From positions 66,115-117,668 of the forward strand of contig JAZJZC010000003.1 of the NCBI GenBank assembly GCA_040390045.1: a stretch of 51,554 nt of DNA, read 5' to 3'. The position numbers and the translations under genes are program-made. This DNA is from Patescibacteria group bacterium (lineage in GTDB: Bacteria > Patescibacteriota > Minisyncoccia > Phycocordibacterales > SIBU01). Below the pieces are notes generated by a model. It made no database searches and had not been told where the DNA came from. It was given only the letters and a program-made list of their open reading frames with translations. Numbering within the stretch: position 1 is the stretch's first letter; each line of letters opens with the position of its first letter. Below are positions 25,291 to 34,613 of the stretch, piece after piece.

Positions 25291-25462
25291 TTTTTCGACG
25301 ATTTCCCAACCTTGACCTTTTAGATTTTGTAGGCCAGTATTAGATTTGGACATACTTTTGCGCACGCAAAAGACTTTTGATGTCCTAGTTTTTCCCCCGC
25401 GGGGAACGGCTAAAACCTGGGAGACCTCCTCGAGGTTTCTCGCTTCAGAAGTGATCAGTACC

Positions 25463-26557
25463 ATGAAAATAAAAGATCGAGTGCCTGAAGCCATACCTTG
25501 CTCGGATGAGCAAAGAGCGTGGCTTGTTTCTAAGTTGGCGACCAGCAAGGCCTTCAGGGTTTGTCGCGGCCAGTTCGACAGAAGCCCCGTGGATTTTATC
25601 GATGACATTCGCAGGGAGTTCCCTGGTTTAACGAAGAGTCAGTTTTCGGCGAAACTTCATGCACGTTTAGGTGCAGTTCGAATCATGGCGGAGTTGTACA
25701 ACTCGCTTATGGAAAAATATTGGAATGTTGCCGCTGATGACTTGCGCAACGCGTTACTCAACCGCTCTTACTTCCTTGTTGGGGAAACAGTTCCAATTCA
25801 CGAAACTACGCCGATGACACTCGTGGTTTTTGATCCCGAGAAAACGTTCGCCATGCTTCACTGGCTTTTTGTTAACTCTATAGTGGAGCTTGGTTCGTTT
25901 GCCGGTGTTTCAATGTACAGGCATCAGGCGGTATTGGAATTAAGCGAACCTACCAGAAAACTAGGCGCTCTTTTCCCTAGCTTGTGTGCCGATTGCAAAC
26001 ATCAACAACGACAAGGTGACGACCTGACTGCCGCTTTGTGGGTAGTTCACGCGAGGGAAGTTTTGAATTTATTTAATATTCCCAAATCCGCCATGTCGTT
26101 GGCTATTCATCACGAGTATCACATGCCAATGCTACGGGAAGCTGGTGGTTCCAACTTTGGTTTTTGGCATCCGTTCGCTTTTCTCTTTGTTGGGAAAGAG
26201 CAAGGTGAGGTGCTCGAAGGCTACAGCAGACTGCAGCAAGGAAAAATTGCCTCCTGGCAGTTTCGGATTCCAGCGGTTTATAGGAATTGGACCCCGACAA
26301 AGTTTGAGTTCGGTTTCCATCCCGAAGTCCAACACGAGCTTTGGGAAAGGAAATTTCCAGCCTTTGTCAGCAAAAAGGTTTCAGCTGGCCATGGCGTAGT
26401 TTTGTTCCCACCTCGCGGGCCAATTGACGAGAAAACAGCGTATTGTGGACGATTCGAAGAATATTTGCAAAATCGGACCGGCCGATTTTTACTCAAACAC
26501 GTTACCGGTGATGGTCAATGGAGGTGGGAGCCAGAGGAATATTTTTGTTATCAGTGA
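25463..26557 (+). CDS. hypothetical protein (364 aa), orphan
   Basis: ATG at 25463 and a strong terminator downstream. Trp/His/Phe-rich. No motif recognised. Visibly G+C-richer than its flanks. Confidence 0.55.
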   Translation: MKIKDRVPEAIPCSDEQRAWLVSKLATSKAFRVCRGQFDRSPVDFIDDIRREFPGLTKSQFSAKLHARLGAVRIMAELYNSLMEKYWNVAADDLRNALLNRSYFLVGETVPIHETTPMTLVVFDPEKTFAMLHWLFVNSIVELGSFAGVSMYRHQAVLELSEPTRKLGALFPSLCADCKHQQRQGDDLTAALWVVHAREVLNLFNIPKSAMSLAIHHEYHMPMLREAGGSNFGFWHPFAFLFVGKEQGEVLEGYSRLQQGKIASWQFRIPAVYRNWTPTKFEFGFHPEVQHELWERKFPAFVSKKVSAGHGVVLFPPRGPIDEKTAYCGRFEEYLQNRTGRFLLKHVTGDGQWRWEPEEYFCYQ

Positions 26558-26569
26558 AAGTTTTTGTGT

Positions 26570-26600
26570 ATGCCACCACCTTGGTGGCATTTTTTATTTT
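26570..26600 (+). terminator. intrinsic terminator
   Basis: atgccacca-cct-tggtggcat followed by tttttatttt. Confidence 0.8.
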
Positions 26601-26696
26601 TCCAACAGTTTCTAGACACTAAGTGTCTAGCTTTTGTAATAACTTCCTCTCTTCGAGGTTACATTTAATATAAGTTTTGCTATACTCCTTTTACTT

Positions 26697-27569
26697 ATGC
26701 CCTCAAAAATCACCAAAGCCTTACTTCCAGTCGCCGGTCTTGGGACCCGTTTTTTGCCAGCGACCAAGGTCATGCCAAAGGAAATGCTTCCTGTGGTTGA
26801 TAAACCAGTCGTCCAATATCTTGTAGAAGACGTCGTGGCCTCAGGCATAAAGGAAATTATTTTTATCACCGGACGTGAGAAGCGAACTATCGAAGATCAT
26901 TTTGATGTGGCGCCAGGACTTGAGGGTACACTCGAAGCAAAGGGGAAACCTGAGCAAGCGAAGCTGATTCGGGACATTTCAAATCTCGCTGAATTTTCCT
27001 ACGTTCGCCAGAAGGATGCTCGTGGAGATGGACACGCCTTATTGCAAGCACGGAGACTTATCGGAGACGAACCGGTGCTCGTAGTTTTTGGCGATTGTTT
27101 GTACGACAGCGACGTGCCAACCTGCAAACAACTTTTGGATTCCTATGAAAAATTTAACGCGCCGATTCTTGGTCTTGCCGAAATTCCGAAAGATGAGGTT
27201 TCAAAGTTCGGCGTTATCGATGGCACAAAAATTGATGACAAGCACTGGGAAATAAAATCTTTTGTGGAAAAGCCAAGTGTGGAAACTGCGCCGACCAACA
27301 TTGTGGTGCCCGGGAAATATATTATTACGCCGCAAGTTTTTGATGCACTCGAGGAGTTAAATAAAAAAGGCGGATTTTCTGGTGAACTTCGACTGGCGAA
27401 CGCATTTGAGCTCATGCTCTCCCGCGGTGAAAAAATTTACGGACGAATGCTGGAAGGTGAATGGCTCGACACGGGAGATAAATTTAATTTCATGAAAGCC
27501 AACATTCATTTTGGTTTGAAACATCCAGAACTGGGCCCAAAACTCAAGGCCTATCTTAAAAATCTATAG
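26697..27569 (+). CDS. galU: UTP--glucose-1-phosphate uridylyltransferase
   Basis: KALLPVAGLGTRFLPATKVMPKEMLPVVDKP, YVRQKDARGDGHA and VEKP. Confidence 0.9.
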   Translation: MPSKITKALLPVAGLGTRFLPATKVMPKEMLPVVDKPVVQYLVEDVVASGIKEIIFITGREKRTIEDHFDVAPGLEGTLEAKGKPEQAKLIRDISNLAEFSYVRQKDARGDGHALLQARRLIGDEPVLVVFGDCLYDSDVPTCKQLLDSYEKFNAPILGLAEIPKDEVSKFGVIDGTKIDDKHWEIKSFVEKPSVETAPTNIVVPGKYIITPQVFDALEELNKKGGFSGELRLANAFELMLSRGEKIYGRMLEGEWLDTGDKFNFMKANIHFGLKHPELGPKLKAYLKNL

Positions 27570-27630
27570 CGTACTAATTTAAAGTGGCTCAGGTTACTCC
27601 AAATTAGTTTAAAATAACCAAAAACCCAAT

Positions 27631-27662
27631 ACCTGTTACTTTAGTCAACTAAAGTAACAGGT
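27631..27662. promoter_or_regulatory. 14-bp-arm perfect palindrome containing the ACTTTAG-TCAA-CTAAAGT operator core
   Basis: acctgttactttag-tcaa-ctaaagtaacaggt. It may double as the galU terminator stem, although no T-run follows. Confidence 0.6.
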
Positions 27663-27663
27663 A

Positions 27664-27691
27664 TTGACAAAAAATTCTGTTTTGCTACACT
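27664..27691 (+). promoter_or_regulatory. sigma70-like promoter of the TrpR-like gene
   Basis: TTGACA (27664-27669), 16 nt, TACACT (27686-27691). The -10 overlaps operator copy 2. Confidence 0.6.
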
Positions 27692-27706
27692 TTAGTCAAC
27701 TAAAGT
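27689..27706. promoter_or_regulatory. operator palindrome copy 2
   Basis: actttag-tcaa-ctaaagt, a perfect 7-bp-arm palindrome. Confidence 0.6.
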
Positions 27707-27768
27707 AATTAGTTTGTGAGAATTTGAAGAAGAGAAGAACAAGCTGAATTTAGTTACACAGACACCAC

Positions 27769-28083
27769 ATGAAAAAAACCAGAGGCAAAGTTAAAAAAAC
27801 ATGGGACAATGCTCGCACCGAGGCTCTGGTAAAGGCATTTTCAGTTTTGCGAAACGGTTCCGAAATCAAAGCCTTTTTGCGAGATTTACTTACGGAAGCG
27901 GAACTGGTTGAGTTTGGCCATCGTTTTTATGTGGCTCAAATGCTCGATAAAAAGGTGCATTACAACGCTATTAGCGAAACAACCGGTTTGAGTTCAACGA
28001 CTATCGCTCGGGTAAAGAAGTGGGTGAAAGGCGGAATGGGAGGGTATCGTATCGCACTCTCACGGTTCCCAAAAAAGAAATAG
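27769..28083 (+). CDS. TrpR-like (YerC/YecD family) DNA-binding protein
   Basis: LRDLLTEAELVEFGHRFYVAQML...ISETTGLSSTTIARVKKW is the typical Trp-repressor-fold HTH. Confidence 0.75.
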   Translation: MKKTRGKVKKTWDNARTEALVKAFSVLRNGSEIKAFLRDLLTEAELVEFGHRFYVAQMLDKKVHYNAISETTGLSSTTIARVKKWVKGGMGGYRIALSRFPKKK

Positions 28084-28123
28084 ATGAAGAAATAGAAGTT
28101 TACCGAATTTTTTTAAAATAATT

Positions 28124-28141
28124 ACTTTAGTTAACTAAAGT
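28124..28141. promoter_or_regulatory. operator palindrome copy 3, upstream of the LOG-like gene
   Basis: actttag-ttaa-ctaaagt, perfect. It lies 23 nt upstream of the ATG at 28164. Confidence 0.6.
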
Positions 28142-28163
28142 GCAGAGAAAATATATTACGTGT

Positions 28164-28742
28164 ATGAAAAAGAAACAACTAACAAAAATAAAAGCAGAAA
28201 AACCATTAGACCAAAAAAGAAAATTACAAATTGGTGTTATCGGGTCTGCGTCGCAAACCGAATATCCTGGGAAAGGTGGGGCGTCACAAGCTATGGAGAA
28301 AGCGGCCGAAGATATCGGTTTTCTTTTGGCGCAGCGGGGAGCTGTTGTCGTGACTGGTGGTAAAGGTGGGATTATGGAAGCGGCTGCTCGTGGCGCCAAG
28401 AGGGGTGGAGGAGTAACCGTTGGAATAATTAAAGGAAATCGTCGTCGAACATCGAACAAATTTACTGACGTTGAAGTGCTGACGGGTATGGAGGCGGACG
28501 GTATGGATGAACTTTTTCTTGTTTTAATGTCGGATGCACTTATCGTACTTGGCGGTGGCGCCGGGACGCTTCAAGAGATTGCAATTGCCTATCGCAACAA
28601 AAAGCCGGTCGTCGTTTTGGGTGGCATGGGCGGATGGGGCGAGAAGTTGGTAGGGAAATTTGTTGATGAGCGTCAATTAGTCAAGCTCATCAGAGCCAAA
28701 ACACCAAAGGACGCAGTTACTAAAGTTTTATCTCTAGTTTAA
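28164..28742 (+). CDS. TIGR00725 / LOG-like (SLOG superfamily) Rossmann protein
   Basis: IGVIGSAS..., VVTGGKGGIMEAAARGA and LGGGAGTLQEIAIAY. Start set at the ATG at 28164. Confidence 0.7.
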   Translation: MKKKQLTKIKAEKPLDQKRKLQIGVIGSASQTEYPGKGGASQAMEKAAEDIGFLLAQRGAVVVTGGKGGIMEAAARGAKRGGGVTVGIIKGNRRRTSNKFTDVEVLTGMEADGMDELFLVLMSDALIVLGGGAGTLQEIAIAYRNKKPVVVLGGMGGWGEKLVGKFVDERQLVKLIRAKTPKDAVTKVLSLV

Positions 28743-28933
28743 ATTTATGAAGAGCCAACGAAACAAAAATTTTAATATCACTCATCATTCCCTCAATTTT
28801 CTTATGAAAAGAGATTGGGTGTGATTTTTATTTTCAAGGTGCTCACCATCAATCCCTTTTCAGAAGGGATTTTTCTTTTGGAAAGAGTGTGCTCTTTGTA
28901 AACCTAATCACGATCGCTTGAAGAAAGTTAAAA

Positions 28934-29686
28934 ATGAAAATCAAATATAGAATTAACGAGACGGTTTCGACTAACGGCCTTGTTCTCATCGCTCCAACTT
29001 GTATCAGTTCAAAAAGTCTCAGTGTGTTACAGGAAATTGCTTGGGAGGATGGGAAAAAACTTCTCTCATTTTATGAATCCACTCTTGCTGAGAGTCTAGA
29101 TCAACTGCTCTGCACATTTTGCGATCTCAACGGAGTTAAGAAAGAGGAGGCCTTACTTGTGTTTCCTGGCGCGAGTGCGGTTGATGTTTGTAGAGGCTCA
29201 GTCTTTAAAGATTCGTATACGTACAAACATGTCTACGCCAAACGTTTTTGGTTTCCCGATCAAGATCCCGTAGTTACAGTTGGAGAAATTTACACGAGAA
29301 GGTTTATCAATTCCGGAATTAGAGCGATTCTTGTTTTGGACGATGTTATTAGTTCTGGTCAAACTCTCGTTAAACTTCGTGAGCGCAATGCTTGGAAGTT
29401 TCCTAATGCGGTTTGGCATGCTGGTAGCTGGATAACCAGAAAGAACAGCCTTAAGGGTTATGAGACCCTCTATTCCTCACTGCTTGTTGCGCATTCTTCC
29501 GATAAGGGCTTGAAGGTTCCTATCAATTCTTTGAGCACTCTCTGTGAGTGTGGCGGAGAAGACGTGAGACGGGCGTACGCCACAAAACACTTCAAAAGAT
29601 TGTCAGAAGACTTTTTGAAGTTTTTCGAGAAAGTAGTTGTTAAAGAGTGGATCACAAGACCCGGGATTAGCGATTCTTGTTATTGA
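28934..29686 (+). CDS. hypothetical protein with phosphoribosyltransferase-like PRPP loop
   Basis: AILVLDDVISSGQTLVKL matches the type I PRTase PRPP-binding motif. The rest is unrecognised. Confidence 0.5.
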   Translation: MKIKYRINETVSTNGLVLIAPTCISSKSLSVLQEIAWEDGKKLLSFYESTLAESLDQLLCTFCDLNGVKKEEALLVFPGASAVDVCRGSVFKDSYTYKHVYAKRFWFPDQDPVVTVGEIYTRRFINSGIRAILVLDDVISSGQTLVKLRERNAWKFPNAVWHAGSWITRKNSLKGYETLYSSLLVAHSSDKGLKVPINSLSTLCECGGEDVRRAYATKHFKRLSEDFLKFFEKVVVKEWITRPGISDSCY

Positions 29687-29703
29687 GTTAGATACGTTTC
29701 AAG

Positions 29704-29729
29704 CCAGCAAAACCATTGCTGGTTTTTTT
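29704..29729. terminator. bidirectional intrinsic terminator between convergent genes
   Basis: ccagcaa-aacca-ttgctgg followed by ttttttt. Confidence 0.75.
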
Positions 29730-29731
29730 AT

Positions 29732-30970
29732 TTATTCATACCTCAGTGCCTCCATAGGACTTTTTTCAGCGGCTTTTTTGGCAGGGTAGATACCGAAGAC
29801 AAGTCCAATCGTAGCCGAAACACCGAGACCGAGCAGGGCACCGAGCCATGGGAAACTAAATGACCAATCGATAGCGGCAAATTTCGTGAGGAGTTGAGCG
29901 ATAATAAACGAGAGTCCTGTTCCAATTAAAATTCCGATGAACCCTCCTAACACCGTGAGTACTGTTGCCTCGATTAAAAATTGGGTCAGGATATCTTTAT
30001 TAGTAGCGCCGATTGATTTTCGCAAACCAATTTCTTTGGTGCGTTCAGTTACTGAAACGAGCATGATGTTCATGATGCCAACACCACCAACAAAAAGGGA
30101 AATCGATGCCATGGCAACGAGAAATAAGGTAAGAGCGGTCGTGATTGATCCGAGTCTACTCGCAAGGTCAGCTTGGGTTTGAACAAAGAAATCGTCCTTT
30201 TCAGGGTCGGTAATGCCGTGGGAATTTCGTAAAGTGATGCGAACATCTTCTGCCACGTTGTCGATATTTTTTTCGCTGTCGGCTTCAACGATCAATCGAT
30301 GAAAATATTTAATACCGAAAATATATTCTTGGGCAGTGGTGTAGGGAATCATGGCGATTTCGTCAAAGTTGAAAAATGACACCTGGCCTTTTTTGGGCAG
30401 AACACCGATGACTCGTAGATTTAAATTTTTGATTCTAATTTTTTGACCAACGGCTTCGCTCGATCCGAAAAGTTCTTCTTTAACTTTTGAGCCGATAACC
30501 ACGACATTTGCCCGGGCTTTGACATCATCCTCGGTGAAAAATTGCCCCTCTTCAGGTTCAAGATCAAAAATACTCGACATGAGTTCGGTGCCTCCGAAGA
30601 CCGTTAGTCGGTAGGTATTACTTTCGTAGAGTCCGGTTTCTCCGCCGAAAACTACGGGCATCACTTTAGAAAGATTGGGCACATTTTGTTTTTTATTCAA
30701 TTCAATCAAATCTTTTTCCTTGAGTGAGTCGCTAAAAAGTTGGGCGGAATCCGACGGTCCCTTGGGTTCGCGTCCCGGAATGACCGCTACGGTTTTGGTG
30801 CCGAGACCTTGGACTTGAGAGAGAATAAAATTCTGGGCTCCCGCTCCGAGTGACATAACCAGAATGATCGAGGTGATACCGATGACAATACCGAAGATCG
30901 TCAAAAAGGAACGAGTTTTGTTCGTCTTAAGTCCGGTGACGGCATTTTTTACACTATAGGTAAGTTTCAT
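29732..30970 (-). CDS. ABC transporter permease (MacB/FtsX family)
   Basis: N-terminal TM helix, a large periplasmic domain and a C-terminal FtsX 3-TM module with ERTKEIGLRKSIGA. Confidence 0.85.
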   Translation of the reverse strand: MKLTYSVKNAVTGLKTNKTRSFLTIFGIVIGITSIILVMSLGAGAQNFILSQVQGLGTKTVAVIPGREPKGPSDSAQLFSDSLKEKDLIELNKKQNVPNLSKVMPVVFGGETGLYESNTYRLTVFGGTELMSSIFDLEPEEGQFFTEDDVKARANVVVIGSKVKEELFGSSEAVGQKIRIKNLNLRVIGVLPKKGQVSFFNFDEIAMIPYTTAQEYIFGIKYFHRLIVEADSEKNIDNVAEDVRITLRNSHGITDPEKDDFFVQTQADLASRLGSITTALTLFLVAMASISLFVGGVGIMNIMLVSVTERTKEIGLRKSIGATNKDILTQFLIEATVLTVLGGFIGILIGTGLSFIIAQLLTKFAAIDWSFSFPWLGALLGLGVSATIGLVFGIYPAKKAAEKSPMEALRYE

Positions 30971-30973
30971 AAA

Positions 30974-31690
30974 TTATTTTACAAATTTTTCAAACGCCTT
31001 TCTTCGATTGGAAACGATTTCATCGCTCTGAATCAAGCCGTCAGACAGGCGGATGATTCTTTTGGCATTTTCCGCGGTGTAGGTTTCGTGGGTGATAAGA
31101 ATGACGGTGTGTCCGTTATCATTAAGTTTTTGAATGAGCTCCATAACAATTTGGCCCGATTTTGAGTCGAGGTTTCCGGTTGGTTCGTCTGCGAAAATAA
31201 TTTTCGGTTTATTAATGAGAGACCGAGCGATAGCGACGCGCTGGCGTTCACCTCCTGAAAGTTCCGAAGGTTCATGCGTCAATCGGTGTGACATGCCGAC
31301 GGATTCAATCGCTTCACGGGCCAGTCTATCCCAATCTTTTTCTGGAACACGAGAGTAGAGAAGGGGAAGTTTTACGTTCTCGAGTACTGTGGTGCGGGCC
31401 AGGAGGTTGAAAGTTTGGAAAATAAATCCCACTTCTTCGTTACGCATTCTCGCCAATTCAAGATCGCTGTACAGCGCCACATTTTTTCCTTGGAAAAAAT
31501 AATCACCGTCGCTGTGTTTGTCGAGAAGGCCTAAGATGTGGAGCAGGGTGGATTTTCCTGATCCCGATGGTCCCATGATCGCCACAAAGTCACCTTCGTT
31601 TATGGAAAAGGAAACATCCTTAAGTGCCGTGGTTGAGACACCTTCGTCGCTATAGGTTTTGTTTAGATTTTTTACTTCAATTAGGGGCAT
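30974..31690 (-). CDS. ABC transporter ATP-binding protein (MacB/LolD-like)
   Basis: GPSGSGKST, LSGGERQRVAIARSL and IIFADEPTGNLD. Confidence 0.9.
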   Translation of the reverse strand: MPLIEVKNLNKTYSDEGVSTTALKDVSFSINEGDFVAIMGPSGSGKSTLLHILGLLDKHSDGDYFFQGKNVALYSDLELARMRNEEVGFIFQTFNLLARTTVLENVKLPLLYSRVPEKDWDRLAREAIESVGMSHRLTHEPSELSGGERQRVAIARSLINKPKIIFADEPTGNLDSKSGQIVMELIQKLNDNGHTVILITHETYTAENAKRIIRLSDGLIQSDEIVSNRRKAFEKFVK

Positions 31691-31692
31691 TT

Positions 31693-33237
31693 TTATTTTC
31701 CGGTGGCCATTACAGTTTCTCCGGCTTCAAGCCCACTCAAAATTTCAATGTCTCCATTTGATCCTCTGATTCCGACAGTTACTTCTCGCTCTTCAAGATT
31801 TTTTCCATCCGTGGTTACTCGAACAAATTTCTTGCCGAGTTTTTCGTAAACAGCGCGTTGTGGAAGGGAGAGTGCATTTTTACGTTCGGCTGTTTGGATG
31901 TCGGTGTTGGCAGTCATGCCCGATCGGATTCGCGCGTCATCTTTATCAAATTCTAGCGTGGCTTTGTAGGTCGACACATTATCAATAATAGTTTCCGCGG
32001 GATCAACTTTGACTACATGACTACTAAACACCACATCGCTTCCATAGGCATCGAGTGTAATGTCAGCCGGATTGCCCACAGCGATTTTTGCTACATCAAC
32101 TTCAGGTACGAAGGCTTCCACTTTAAAATTTCCGCTCATTACAGCAACGATAGGGGAGTTGCCACTGGCGATTTGACCGATCTTTCCATCTTGCTTGGTG
32201 ATAACTCCGGAAATAGGACTGACAATATAGGTTTTAAGAAGAAGGGCTTGAGCATTTCTGACGTTAGCTTTGGCGCTGTCGATATCTGCTGTCGCACCCG
32301 CCAATACTTCTACCGTTGCAGGAGCCTTGGTCAGTTCGAGATCATTTTTTGATGTTTGTACTGTAATTTTTTGAGTGGCGATGGTTTGAATTTGGTCGTT
32401 AATGTTGGTGAGCGCTGTGTTGATATTGGTTCGAGCGGTACTGAGCGCATCTTTGTCCGTCGCGAGCGTACTTTCTGAAAGATTGATAGCGGCGTTCAAT
32501 ACTCGGCTGGTTTTTATTAAAAAGTCATTGGCTGCGAGCAAGTAATCTTTTGCCTGCGACAAAGCCTTTTCGGTTTCGAGGGTAGTGGTGAGCGGTGTTT
32601 GAATTAAATTTTTAAAATTACTGAGCATACCTTGCATACTGAAACGCGCCGCCTGGGCATCAATAACAGCTTGCTGGTCTCCTGAGTTAAAATTAATTTG
32701 AGGATTTGAAGACGAGGTATTTCCGAAAAGAATATCAGCCTGGCGGTGTATGGCGTTGTCAGTTTTGTTGTAGGCGTCGAGAATAATATTTGGCGCTTGT
32801 GAATAATCGGTTGCCAAATCTGATTCAGCTTTTGCTAACCCAGATTCTTTTAGGGCGATTTCTTCGGGGCGGCCACCGGCTTTAAGGTCGTCAAAGTGGG
32901 CTTGTTTTGAAGCCAGTTTAGCTTGAGCATCTTCGACGGCAGAAATTTCAACACCATTTTCAAGCGCCAGGACAATGCTTCCGGCGGTTACATGATCACC
33001 AACATTGGCGTTAATTGATCTGATTCGGCCTCCTTTTTCAAAGGCCAATTCCACCGCTTCTTTGGCTTTAACCGCACCAGAGACAGTAACCTCCTGTGAC
33101 AGATTTTCTAGTTTTGCCACGACGGTAGTAGTAAGAGTTGGTTTTCTGTTTCCGAAGTAGGTTAGGAGAAGCACCACAAAAACTACAATTGCAATGGGGA
33201 TGTATACACTTTTTTTCTTGAGGAAATCTAATTTCAT
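31693..33237 (-). CDS. efflux transporter periplasmic adaptor (HlyD/MacA family) with long coiled coil
   Basis: N-terminal TM helix, a lipoyl-like half VSGAVKAKEAVELAFEKGGRI..VGDHVTAG, a long alpha-hairpin and a beta-barrel C-terminus. Confidence 0.8.
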   Translation of the reverse strand: MKLDFLKKKSVYIPIAIVVFVVLLLTYFGNRKPTLTTTVVAKLENLSQEVTVSGAVKAKEAVELAFEKGGRIRSINANVGDHVTAGSIVLALENGVEISAVEDAQAKLASKQAHFDDLKAGGRPEEIALKESGLAKAESDLATDYSQAPNIILDAYNKTDNAIHRQADILFGNTSSSNPQINFNSGDQQAVIDAQAARFSMQGMLSNFKNLIQTPLTTTLETEKALSQAKDYLLAANDFLIKTSRVLNAAINLSESTLATDKDALSTARTNINTALTNINDQIQTIATQKITVQTSKNDLELTKAPATVEVLAGATADIDSAKANVRNAQALLLKTYIVSPISGVITKQDGKIGQIASGNSPIVAVMSGNFKVEAFVPEVDVAKIAVGNPADITLDAYGSDVVFSSHVVKVDPAETIIDNVSTYKATLEFDKDDARIRSGMTANTDIQTAERKNALSLPQRAVYEKLGKKFVRVTTDGKNLEEREVTVGIRGSNGDIEILSGLEAGETVMATGK

Positions 33238-33467
33238 TTTTTTGTTTTAAGTTTCTGAATAATATTTTGAATCGTGGAGAGATGCGATGCAAATTTTTCA
33301 AGGTTGGATACTTTTGCTATGCCGATCATGTCTTCATCTTTAGCAAACACGATCAGTTTGTCGCCCTTTTTCAACTTAAGATTATTTCGTATTTCAGAGG
33401 GAATGACAACCTGCCCCTTTTCTCCAAGAGTGGTGATACCGATAGAATGTTTGTTTGGTTTTAACAT
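33234..33467 (-). CDS. AbrB/SpoVT-type DNA-binding protein
   Basis: TLGEKGQVVIPSEIRNNLKLKKGDKLIVF. Its stop overlaps the adaptor gene start by 4 nt. Confidence 0.7.
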   Translation of the reverse strand: MLKPNKHSIGITTLGEKGQVVIPSEIRNNLKLKKGDKLIVFAKDEDMIGIAKVSNLEKFASHLSTIQNIIQKLKTKK

Positions 33468-33567
33468 AGTTTTTTGTGAAGAAGTATGAAATGTAGGATT
33501 TATCATACACCCTACAAAACCTCTGTCAACCAACTGGGCTCTTCACGTGTCACCGTGATATACTCGA

Positions 33568-34509
33568 TTGGCAATGGCTCGCATACATTTCAACGACAAC
33601 GAAATAAAATCAGAGGGAGTGACCATTCTTAACGGCCGTGTGTTGCGCGACCAAGGTGTGGATAGGTTAAAAACCGCCATTGTGCAAAGCGGCAGGAAAC
33701 CGACCTTGGCCATCATACAGGTGGGGGATCTCGCTGAATCCAAAGCCTACATTGAGCAAAAAAGAAAATTTGCTGAGAAAATTGGCGCAGGTTTTTTTCA
33801 TACCCAATTTCCGAATGATGTTTCTCAGGCTGATCTCGAAAACGCTATTGAAAAACTAAATGTTGATCCGGGCATCCACGGTATTATTGTTCAGTTGCCG
33901 ATTCCAGAATCTTTCAACAAACAAAAAGTGATCGACACTATTAGTGTTTCGAAGGACACTGACGGACTCACATCAGAAAATAAAAAATTGCTTGAGTCTG
34001 GAAATTCCAAAGCGGTAATTCCCGCAACTGCACGAGGGGTTTTATCACTTCTGCGCGGATACGATGTTTCCGTTTCTGGGAAAAAAGTGACGGTAATAGG
34101 AAGATCGGCGTTAGTCGGCGCCCCGATTGCAACACTGTTGGCGCGAGAGGGGGCGGAAGTTACGGTTTGTCATCGGGAAACCAATAATGTTCCTGAAAAA
34201 AGTAGAAACGCTGAGATTCTGATTGTCGCCGTTGGCCACCCCCATTTTGTAACTGTCGAATACGTTTCGAAGGGTCAGGTGGTGGTTGACGTCGGTATCA
34301 ACTCAGTGGCTAGCAGCACGTTCAAACAAGAAAGTGTTGAAAAATTGGAGTATGAAATCCCAAAGCGGCAATTGGTAGGGGATGTCGATTTTGAAGCTGT
34401 TAAAAATATTGTCGCCGCCATTTCACCAGTTCCCGGCGGAGTGGGGCCGATGACAGTGCTTTCTTTATTCGAGAATCTGATTGAGGCAGCAGCGGTTGAC
34501 AATAGGTAA
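33568..34509 (+). CDS. folD: bifunctional methylene-THF dehydrogenase / methenyl-THF cyclohydrolase
   Basis: KPTLAIIQVGDLAESKAYIEQKRK, GIIVQLPIP, VIGRSALVGAPIA and PVPGGVGPMT. Confidence 0.9.
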   Translation: MAMARIHFNDNEIKSEGVTILNGRVLRDQGVDRLKTAIVQSGRKPTLAIIQVGDLAESKAYIEQKRKFAEKIGAGFFHTQFPNDVSQADLENAIEKLNVDPGIHGIIVQLPIPESFNKQKVIDTISVSKDTDGLTSENKKLLESGNSKAVIPATARGVLSLLRGYDVSVSGKKVTVIGRSALVGAPIATLLAREGAEVTVCHRETNNVPEKSRNAEILIVAVGHPHFVTVEYVSKGQVVVDVGINSVASSTFKQESVEKLEYEIPKRQLVGDVDFEAVKNIVAAISPVPGGVGPMTVLSLFENLIEAAAVDNR

Positions 34510-34613
34510 ATATTTGTGTCAGTATTCCATTTAGATTTTTGAAAAAGATTGTTTTGTTAAACATCAAAACCGCCCGCTGTTTTTAGCGTCGGGCAGAAAC
34601 AAAGGAAATTGTT

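Noticed and set aside
26612-26630. ctagacac-taa-gtgtctag palindrome upstream of galU as a regulator site
   Set aside because: It is a single copy with no neighbouring regulator gene. It may simply be part of the preceding terminator region. Evidence is insufficient to call it an operator.
28140-28163. GTG start extending the LOG-like ORF by 8 codons
   Set aside because: It would place the start codon inside operator palindrome copy 3. The ATG at 28164 leaves a normal spacing.
28747-28824. 25-aa mini-ORF (MKSQRNKNFNITHHSLNFLMKRDWV) between the LOG-like and PRT-like genes
   Set aside because: It has no RBS, is very short and has no supporting conservation that I can assess. It is mentioned only because a terminator-like hairpin follows at 28850-28880.
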